This document shows, one piece after another, positions 1 through 5,369 of a stretch of 6,596 nt of DNA. Origin of the DNA: a virus. A program made the position numbers and the translations under genes. How positions within the stretch are numbered: position 1 is the first letter of the stretch; each line of letters opens with the position of its first letter. The DNA is taken from IMG/VR virus record IMGVR_UViG_3300045988_014290; one strand, given 5' to 3'. Below the pieces are notes generated by a model. It ran no database searches. It was not told where the DNA came from and was given only the letters and a program-made list of their open reading frames with translations.

Positions 1-84
1 AGGGCGTCCGTCAAAATCCTGCCTTTGTGCAAAACGGAGAAAATGTTGCAAAAACAGGCCAAATAGGCGATATCGTATCCCCAT
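1..84. repeat. Left terminal inverted repeat (84 bp). Contains related sub-motifs TTTGTGCAAAACGG (24-37) and TGTTGCAAAAACAGG (45-59).
   Basis: Positions 1-84 are the reverse complement of 6513-6596 with 2 mismatches (pos 56 and 59); aligned by hand. Confidence 0.95.
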
Positions 85-95
85 TCGCGGATTTG

Positions 96-110
96 TGTTG
101 CAAAATCAGG
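96..110 (+). repeat. Subterminal direct copy (14/15) of the TIR-internal motif TGTTGCAAAA[A/T]CAGG.
   Basis: tgttgcaaaatcagg at 96-110 versus tgttgcaaaaacagg at 45-59. A partial inverted echo, cctgattttctgtga, lies at 6499-6513 just inside the right TIR. Confidence 0.6.
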
Positions 111-275
111 TGTTTTTGGGTGTTTCTCGATCCACTTACCGTGGCATGCCGTTCCCGTAACTGAACCGGGAACTCACCTTGGCCCACCATCAATTGCACA
201 CTCATATTACACCCGGCTTTCCCGCCCGTCAACCGCTTTGGCTGATTTGTAACTCACCTGTAACATTCCCGTATT

Positions 276-299
276 TTTGTTACACCGTTTGTTACACCG
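276..299. repeat. Tandem direct repeat, 2 x TTTGTTACACCG.
   Basis: Perfect 12-mer duplicated at 276-287 and 288-299. A nearby AACTCACCT motif also repeats at ~171 and ~251. Confidence 0.8.
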
Positions 300-397
300 C
301 AGCGAGTGATTCTAAATGAGGGGCACGCAGGGGCCTTTTGTTGCACGGCAAACGGCAACGCGCCCCTCACCCCGCCGCACCCCGCGCGGCACATAAG

Positions 398-436
398 GAA
401 AGAGGGCCATTCTTAGCGGAAGAATGGCCCCCTTTC
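398..436. terminator. GC-rich hairpin A1. Core GGGCCATTCTT-agcgg-AAGAATGGCCC at 404-430 is an 11-bp stem that extends with one mismatch to 398-436. REP-like or factor-independent terminator-like.
   Basis: Perfect inverted repeat read directly; no clean U-tract on either strand. Confidence 0.5.
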
Positions 437-451
437 GATTCCCCAAGACCG

Positions 452-468
452 CAAGGGCTACGCCCTTG
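452..468. repeat. Hairpin B1, CAAGGGC-tac-GCCCTTG.
   Basis: 7-bp perfect stem; sequence family shared with hairpin B2 at 735-752. Confidence 0.5.
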
Positions 469-734
469 ACCTGCCATTGCCCGCCTCTGCAAGGCTGATG
501 CTGCACGCGCTGCGCAAAGGAGTGCGTGCAGTTTCTTATTGCCGCTTTCGATTTGGCTTGCTCCTTGTGGCCGCTGCCGCTCTGCGGTGGGGTTTCGGAA
601 GAAATTTTTAACAGCAGCTCGTACCAGCACCGCAGCAGCGGCTGAGCGGAAAGAGAAGCACACCAGATCGTTCAGAAGAAAAAGTCAAACATACGGTTGC
701 CAAAAGGGTAATTTAATATGAGCAGTTCGGGGGT

Positions 735-752
735 CAAGGGGCTTGCCCCTTG
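735..752. repeat. Hairpin B2, CAAGGGG-cttg-CCCCTTG.
   Basis: 7-bp perfect stem; same family as B1. Confidence 0.5.
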
Positions 753-768
753 CGCTCTCTTGGGGTTT

Positions 769-807
769 CAAAGGGGCCATTCTCTACGGTAGAGAATGGC
801 CCCTTTG
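769..807 (-). terminator. Hairpin A2, CAAAGGGGCCATTCTCT-acggt-AGAGAATGGCCCCTTTG: a 17-bp perfect stem. Probable terminator of the minus-strand hsp20 gene, whose stop codon is at 859-861.
   Basis: Perfect 17-bp inverted repeat 52 nt beyond the hsp20 stop. It shares the GGGCCATTCT core with hairpin A1. The U-tract is poor, as is common in high-GC Actinobacteria-like DNA. Confidence 0.5.
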
Positions 808-858
808 GTCGCACCGCCGTCAGGCGGCAAATGTCGCGCCGCCCTCAGGCGGCAGATC

Positions 859-1299
859 TCACTCGATCGCCAGTCTCCGGCTGCCGGAGACCTCAACGTC
901 CTTCTTCGGCATCGTCAGGCTCAGCACGCCGTCGTTGTAGCTGGCCTTGATGCCCTCGGCCTTGACGCCGGAGATATCGAAGCTCCTCGCGTAGCTGCCG
1001 TAGCTGCGCTCGCAGCGGACGTAGCTCTTGTCCTTCTCCTCGTGCTCGTTCCTGCGCTCGGCCTTGATGGTCAGGTTGTCGCCGTCGATGTCGATGGCAA
1101 TGTCCTCCTTCTTCATGCCGGGCAGATCGGCCTCGAGCAGGTAATGGTCGCCCTTGTCCTGAATGTCGGTCTTGAACGTGCCGACGTCGCCGAGGAAGTC
1201 GCGGTTGCCGAAGAACGCGCGCTCCAGCGCCTCCATGTCGCGGAACGGGTCATAGGTGGTCATGTGGTTATTGTTGCGGTAAGGTCTCAGTTCAAACAT
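859..1299 (-). CDS. hsp20: Small heat-shock protein, Hsp20/alpha-crystallin family (146 aa).
   Basis: The translation contains a typical alpha-crystallin domain (GDHYLLEADLPGMKKEDIAIDIDGDNLTIKAERR..., GVLSLTMPKK) and a C-terminal I-x-I/V-type motif (LAIE). A GGAGG Shine-Dalgarno lies 8 nt before the ATG on the minus strand. Third codon positions are very GC-rich, unlike the rest of the window. Confidence 0.93.
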   Translation of the reverse strand: MFELRPYRNNNHMTTYDPFRDMEALERAFFGNRDFLGDVGTFKTDIQDKGDHYLLEADLPGMKKEDIAIDIDGDNLTIKAERRNEHEEKDKSYVRCERSYGSYARSFDISGVKAEGIKASYNDGVLSLTMPKKDVEVSGSRRLAIE

Positions 1300-1427
1300 A
1301 ATGAATACCTCCGGAAATTCGAGATTTGGAAAGCCTCGGGAGCTTGCCTTCCTTTGCTTTTCTTGACTCAGAGTCTACCCCGGAATTGTGTCCAAAGATA
1401 CGCATTTGTGTGAACGGACTATGAATT

Positions 1428-1454
1428 TTAGCACTCTCACTCTAAGAATGCTAA
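1428..1454. promoter_or_regulatory. CIRCE-like inverted repeat TTAGCACTC-N9-GAATGCTAA, one mismatch to the HrcA operator consensus TTAGCACTC-N9-GAGTGCTAA. It lies ~130 nt upstream of the hsp20 start.
   Basis: Read directly from the sequence. The 9-bp arms have the canonical 9-nt spacer and sit in the divergent region between hsp20 (-) and Rep (+). Confidence 0.6.
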
Positions 1455-1506
1455 AATCGTCGGATTTTGTTGCATTTGACGGGCAGCCTGCCCCAAAACC
1501 GCCCAT

Positions 1507-1595
1507 GTCTACCCGATGTCTACCCGCCGAAACGCCTGGGGCGCAAGGGCTTGCGGGTTTTCCAAGAGGGCCGCCGTCTACCCTTCCGTCTACCC
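1507..1595 (+). repeat. Iteron array: four direct copies of GTCTACCC (1507-1514, 1518-1525, 1576-1583, 1588-1595) as two pairs. They flank a small GC hairpin (cgcaa-gggc-ttgcg, ~1540-1553) followed by a gggtttt run.
   Basis: Exact 8-mers counted by hand. The first pair forms an 11-bp tandem ATGTCTACCCG x2 and the second pair is CCGTCTACCC-tt-CCGTCTACCC. Confidence 0.7.
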
Positions 1596-1661
1596 AATTT
1601 TTCGCGCCGATTCTTGAAATGCCTGCCATTGCTGCGAAAATTTTTGAAATTTCCGAAAATA

Positions 1662-1684
1662 TATGGGGGTACGATATCCCCATA
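1662..1684. promoter_or_regulatory. Hairpin TATGGGG-gtacgatat-CCCCATA immediately upstream of the Rep SD. It contains GGGGGTACGATATC, a 13/14 match to the GGGGATACGATATC motif at the inner TIR boundaries.
   Basis: Compared with 6515-6528 (same orientation) and the RC of 69-82. Confidence 0.55.
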
Positions 1685-1700
1685 CAAAGAAGGTGATTTC

Positions 1701-2714
1701 TTGTCATGCTATCATCCGCTTAAAGCCTTTGTCTTAGGTGAAAAAGACGGCAAACGGTTGCTCAAGGTGACGTGTTATGAGGTAGACCATCTTGAACGTT
1801 CTGGTGAAGGTTTTGCTTGTTGTACGCATCCTGCTTATGGTCGTCCTGGTGATGTTACCGAGTTTATCGAGATTCCCTGCGGAAAGTGTTCCGGCTGTCG
1901 TCTCCAGCGTTCGCGTGAATGGGCTAACCGATGTATGCTGGAGCTTGAATATCACAAGTCCAGTTATTTTGTAACGCTTACTTATGATGATGCTCATGTT
2001 CCGATTCATTACTATTCCGACCCCGAGACTGGCGAGGCCCTGCCGAGTATGTCTCTTGTGAAGCGTGATTTTCAGCTTTTCATGAAGCGTCTCCGTAAGA
2101 AGTTTGGCGAAGGTATTCGTTTCTTTGCTTCTGGTGAGTATGGTTCAGTGTCTTTTCGTCCGCACTATCATGCTATCATTTTTGGACTTGAGCTTAACGA
2201 CCTTGTTTTTTACAAGAAGTCTTTTCAAGGCTTCACTTACTATAATTCGCCTTCTCTTAAAGAAGTTTGGCCGTATGGCTATGCTGTTGTAGCTCCTGTG
2301 ACTTGGGAGACCTGCGCTTATACTGCTCGTTATGTTATGAAGAAGCTCACTGGCCCTGAAGCTGAGTTCTACGAGAATTTCAACATTGTTCCTGAGTTTT
2401 CGCTTATGTCTCGCAAGCCCGGCATTGCCCGGCAGTATTATGAAGACCATCCTGACCTATATGAACATGAGTTCATCAACATTTCGACTGAGAAAGGAGG
2501 AAGGAAGTTTCGACCTCCGAAGTATTATGATAAGTTATTTGATGTCGATTGTCCGGAAGAATCTGCCAAGCTTAAGGCTGTCCGTCAGAAGATGGCAGCT
2601 GAAGCTCAGAAAGCAAAACTACAGAAAACCACACTTAGTTATTTAGACCAGCTTGCTGTTGAAGAACGCAACCAGCTGGCCCGAATAAAATCATTGAAAA
2701 GGAGTTGTATCTAA
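1701..2714 (+). CDS. Rolling-circle replication initiation protein (gokushovirus VP4 / phiX174 A-like HUH endonuclease), 337 aa from a TTG start.
   Basis: Motifs are present: FVTLTYDD (motif I), PHYHAIIFG (HUH), and YTARYVMKK (catalytic Tyr pair with Lys). The N-terminus SCYHPLKAF...PCGKCSGCR matches the conserved gokushovirus Rep N-terminus. The first in-frame ATG lies well inside the conserved region, and the tracked start at 1467 is also TTG. The TTG at 1701 is preferred because AAAGAAGGTGA sits 4-5 nt upstream and the conserved N-terminus begins there. Confidence 0.88.
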   Translation: MSCYHPLKAFVLGEKDGKRLLKVTCYEVDHLERSGEGFACCTHPAYGRPGDVTEFIEIPCGKCSGCRLQRSREWANRCMLELEYHKSSYFVTLTYDDAHVPIHYYSDPETGEALPSMSLVKRDFQLFMKRLRKKFGEGIRFFASGEYGSVSFRPHYHAIIFGLELNDLVFYKKSFQGFTYYNSPSLKEVWPYGYAVVAPVTWETCAYTARYVMKKLTGPEAEFYENFNIVPEFSLMSRKPGIARQYYEDHPDLYEHEFINISTEKGGRKFRPPKYYDKLFDVDCPEESAKLKAVRQKMAAEAQKAKLQKTTLSYLDQLAVEERNQLARIKSLKRSCI

Positions 2715-2827
2715 TGCGTAAGAAAATGCGTCCCAAGAAAGACAAGAAGGTCTTTCGCCGTACTGCTGCGAAGTCCAAGAAGATTAATATCAATCCGACT
2801 GTTTTCCGTGGAGGTATCCGGCTGTGA
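2714..2827 (+). CDS. Small highly basic DNA-binding protein (37 aa, MRKKMRPKKDKKVFRRTAAKSKKININPTVFRGGIRL), the gokushovirus ORF8 / phiX174 J-like packaging protein.
   Basis: Hand translation. 15 of its 37 residues are K or R. The ATG overlaps the Rep stop (TAATG), and an AAAAGGAG SD lies 9 nt upstream. It occupies the position of the J-like protein in gokushoviruses. Confidence 0.65.
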   Translation: MRKKMRPKKDKKVFRRTAAKSKKININPTVFRGGIRL

Positions 2828-2913
2828 AGTGTCCGTTTGATTATCCCGATTACGATTGTCCTTATGAGGACGACCCAGATTTAACATGTGAAGATTGTGA
2901 GGTTTTGAAATGA
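2824..2913 (+). CDS. Tiny acidic Cys-rich ORF (29 aa from GTG: KCPFDYPDYDCPYEDDPDLTCEDCEVLK); hypothetical.
   Basis: A GTG start overlaps the upstream stop (GTGA), with GGAGG 9 nt upstream. Its stop overlaps the next ATG (ATGA). The four Cys are arranged C-x8-C...C-x2-C. It is too short to be listed in the ORF track. Confidence 0.3.
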   Translation: MKCPFDYPDYDCPYEDDPDLTCEDCEVLK

Positions 2914-3161
2914 AATACGGTGTTTATTCTATCCGTGATGCTCGGACGGGTTTTCTCCCGCCTACGGTAGATCAGAACGATTCTTCCGCTATGCGGAATT
3001 TCGCTCATGCCTGTATGCAGAAGGAAAGCCTTTTGTTTTCCCACATTGAGGACTATGCCCTCTGTAAGATAGGTGAGTTTGATTCTTCTAAAGGTGTGAT
3101 CACGCCTCAGCCTGTCGATGTTATTTTGGATGGTTCTTCCATTCAAGGAAAGGATTATTGA
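2910..3161 (+). CDS. Hypothetical 83-aa protein in the position of gokushovirus VP5 (small non-structural protein).
   Basis: The ORF has GAGG 7 nt upstream of its ATG and is chained by overlaps to the neighbouring genes. Its codon usage matches the capsid genes. It has no recognisable catalytic motif. Confidence 0.55.
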   Translation: MKYGVYSIRDARTGFLPPTVDQNDSSAMRNFAHACMQKESLLFSHIEDYALCKIGEFDSSKGVITPQPVDVILDGSSIQGKDY

Positions 3162-3163
3162 CC

Positions 3164-3664
3164 ATGTATGATGAAAAGCTTGGATTCTCTACTCAGTATC
3201 GTCCGCGAACTCGCTTCATTTCAAATGGAGGTCAGCGCGAAAGGATTCTCTATCAGCCTAAATTTGATGAGAATGGAGTTATGGATCTCGTTGAATCTGG
3301 CAAAGAAGACCTTTACGATTTCATTCAATCCCACGCCGAAGCCGTTGACATCCACGTGATTTTGGCTCGATTTCAGAATGGCGACGTTGACGCGCTTTCG
3401 CGTGTCCAAGGCGCTTATGGTGATTTCACCAATATGCCAACGTCTTATGCTGAACTTCTGAACAGGGTTAATGAAGGTCAGAGCTTTTTCAATTCTCTGC
3501 CTGTGGATATCCGTGCAAAGTTTAACCACAACTTTGCGGAGTTCATGGCTGGCATGGACAAGCCTGATTTCCTTGACAAGCTCGGAATCAAGCCCGAGCG
3601 AGAGCCTGACCCGTCCCAGGAGGAAAAACCGGCTGTTGAGCCGAAAAAGGAGGTTACGGAATGA
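3164..3664 (+). CDS. Internal scaffolding protein, gokushovirus VP3-like (166 aa from ATG 3164; alternative TTG at 3158).
   Basis: Its size and position, immediately upstream of VP1 with an ATGA overlap, fit VP3. The C-terminal tail is acidic and Pro/Glu-rich (PEREPDPSQEEKPAVEPKKEVTE). An AAGGAAAGGA run precedes the ATG. Confidence 0.7.
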   Translation: MYDEKLGFSTQYRPRTRFISNGGQRERILYQPKFDENGVMDLVESGKEDLYDFIQSHAEAVDIHVILARFQNGDVDALSRVQGAYGDFTNMPTSYAELLNRVNEGQSFFNSLPVDIRAKFNHNFAEFMAGMDKPDFLDKLGIKPEREPDPSQEEKPAVEPKKEVTE

Positions 3665-5358
3665 ATCGTAATGTTGAATCTCATTTTGCACTTAATCCCA
3701 CAAACATTGATATCCGGCGCTCGACGTTTGACCGCTCGCATTCGCTTAAAACTTCGTTTAACGTTGGTGACATTGTACCTTTTTTCGTTGACGAAGTACT
3801 ACCGGGAGATACGTTCAACGTGGACACATCCAAGGTTGTGCGCCTGCAGACGCTGCTTACTCCGGTCATGGACAACATTTACCTTGATACGTATTTCTTC
3901 TTCGTACCGAACCGTCTTACGTGGTCTCATTGGAAGCAGTTCAATGGTGAGAATACGGAATCTGCGTGGATTCCTCAGACGGAGTATGAAATTCCTCAGG
4001 TTACTGCTCCTGCTGATAGCGGATGGTCTGTTGGAACTATTGCCGATTATCTCGGTGTCCCTACTGGCGTTCCTAATCTTTCCGTTAGTGCTCTTCCCTT
4101 CCGAGCTTATGCCCTGGTGATGAATGAGTGGTTTCGTGATGAAAACCTATCTGACCCGCTCGTTGTTCCCGTCGATGATGCTACTGTAGCTGGTGTTAAT
4201 ACTGGTACGTTCGTGACTGATGTTGCGAAAGGCGGTCTTCCCTATAAGGCTGCTAAGTATCATGACTATTTCACAAGCTGTCTTCCGTCTCCGCAGAAAG
4301 GCCCGGATGTTTTGATTCCTTCGGCTACGTCCGGTGAATATCCTGTTGTTACTCGTGAACAGCCTCATGATCCCGGTGGATATGTTTTGACTGGTGTTTC
4401 TAATATTTCTTTTGCTTCTGGAGACCGACCTGTTAATATCTATGATTCTCTTGCTTTTAAGCCTGTTGTTGCTGGTTCTAATTATGCTGGTATTACTGGT
4501 TTCAGTGGTGGTGCTGATAAGCCCGGTTTCGATCCTGTTAACCTTTATGCTGTTTCTTCCGGTGGTCTTGGTGCTTCTATCAATCAGCTTCGTATGGCGT
4601 TCCAGATTCAGAAGCTCTATGAGAAAGACGCTCGTGGTGGTTCCCGCTACATCGAGATTCTTAAGTCTCATTTCGGCGTGACTTCTCCGGATGCCCGTCT
4701 TCAGCGTCCCGAATATCTCGGTGGTAACCGTGTCCCCATTAATATTAATCAGGTTGTCCAGCAGTCGGCCACGGCTTCCGGTGAGACTGCACAAGGTACT
4801 GTTACTGGTATGTCTGTCACTACGGATACCCATTCTGATTTCACGAAGTCTTTCACGGAGCATGGTTTTGTCATCGGCGTTATGGTCGCTCGCTACGATC
4901 ATACTTATCAGCAGGGTCTTGAACGTTTCTGGTCTCGTAAGGATCGCTTTGATTACTATTGGCCTGTGTTCGCCAATATTGGCGAACAGGCTGTGAAGAA
5001 CAAGGAGATTTTTGCCCAAGGCCCTGGCGTTAAGGATACCGCTGGTGCTGTCATTGATGACCAGGTCTTTGGTTATCAGGAAGCGTGGGCTGATTACCGT
5101 TATAAGCCGTCCCGTGTAACTGGTGAGATGCGTTCTCTGTATGCGCAGTCTCTTGATGTTTGGCATCTTGCCGACGATTATACTGCGCTTCCTATTCTTT
5201 CGGATTCTTGGATTCGTGAGGATAAGGCTAACGTTGATCGTGTGCTTGCAGTTACTTCCGCTGTCAGTAATCAGTTGTTTGCCGATATCTATATCAAGAA
5301 CCGGACTACCCGGCCTATGCCTATGTATTCTATCCCCGGTCTTATTGATCATCACTGA
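3661..5358 (+). CDS. Major capsid protein VP1 (F-like), Gokushovirinae type, 565 aa.
   Basis: The N-terminus MNRNVESHFALNPTNIDIRRSTFDRSHSLKTSFNVGDIVPFFVDEVLPGDTFNVD is the conserved gokushovirus VP1 start, and the length is typical. A perfect AAGGAGG SD lies 7 nt upstream. The ATG overlaps the VP3 stop. Confidence 0.95.
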   Translation: MNRNVESHFALNPTNIDIRRSTFDRSHSLKTSFNVGDIVPFFVDEVLPGDTFNVDTSKVVRLQTLLTPVMDNIYLDTYFFFVPNRLTWSHWKQFNGENTESAWIPQTEYEIPQVTAPADSGWSVGTIADYLGVPTGVPNLSVSALPFRAYALVMNEWFRDENLSDPLVVPVDDATVAGVNTGTFVTDVAKGGLPYKAAKYHDYFTSCLPSPQKGPDVLIPSATSGEYPVVTREQPHDPGGYVLTGVSNISFASGDRPVNIYDSLAFKPVVAGSNYAGITGFSGGADKPGFDPVNLYAVSSGGLGASINQLRMAFQIQKLYEKDARGGSRYIEILKSHFGVTSPDARLQRPEYLGGNRVPININQVVQQSATASGETAQGTVTGMSVTTDTHSDFTKSFTEHGFVIGVMVARYDHTYQQGLERFWSRKDRFDYYWPVFANIGEQAVKNKEIFAQGPGVKDTAGAVIDDQVFGYQEAWADYRYKPSRVTGEMRSLYAQSLDVWHLADDYTALPILSDSWIREDKANVDRVLAVTSAVSNQLFADIYIKNRTTRPMPMYSIPGLIDHH

Positions 5359-5369
5359 GAGGTGATTTT

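Noticed and set aside
11-232. 73-aa minus-strand ORF running into the left TIR.
   Set aside because: It has no ribosome-binding site, it spans the inverted repeat and repeat-rich subterminal region, and its translation is uninformative.
431-441. TTCGATTCC resembling a tRNA T-loop.
   Set aside because: The flanking bases cannot form a 5-bp T-stem (CCCCT versus CCCCA). The motif is simply the tail of hairpin A1, and no cloverleaf can be built.
1360-1380. CTTGACTCAGAGTC resembling half of an HspR HAIR site (CTTGAGT-N7-ACTCAAG).
   Set aside because: Only one half-site with a mismatch is present and there is no ACTCAAG partner.
796-1413. 205-aa ORF on the + strand overlapping hsp20 in antisense, plus GC-rich ORFs at 312-506 (-), 367-663 (-), 539-721 (+) and 743-950 (+).
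   Set aside because: Long stop-free frames are expected in ~65% GC DNA. The translations are Ala/Arg/Gly-rich and low-complexity, there are no SD-plus-start signals, and the region is dense with hairpins.
1467-1700. N-terminal 78-codon extension of the Rep ORF (the tracked start is a TTG, not an ATG).
   Set aside because: It translates the iteron and hairpin region into P/R/L-rich low-complexity sequence. The conserved Rep N-terminus begins at the 1701 TTG, which has its own SD.
3671-4120. Alternative-frame ORFs inside VP1 and VP2 (3671-4120, 4394-4681, 4691-4996, 5123-5365, 5386-5709, 5734-6219), and ORFs antisense to VP3 (3221-3691, 3478-3741).
   Set aside because: They are Leu/Ile/Ser-rich artefacts of T-rich third codon positions, with no start signals. 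phiX174-style embedded genes cannot be excluded, but nothing in the sequence supports them.
4147-5355. 402-aa ORF on the minus strand, antisense to most of VP1.
   Set aside because: Its translation is low-complexity and R/S/I/N/T-rich with no recognisable domain. It is explained by VP1 codon usage avoiding TTA/CTA/TCA codons, which keeps the directly antisense frame free of stops.
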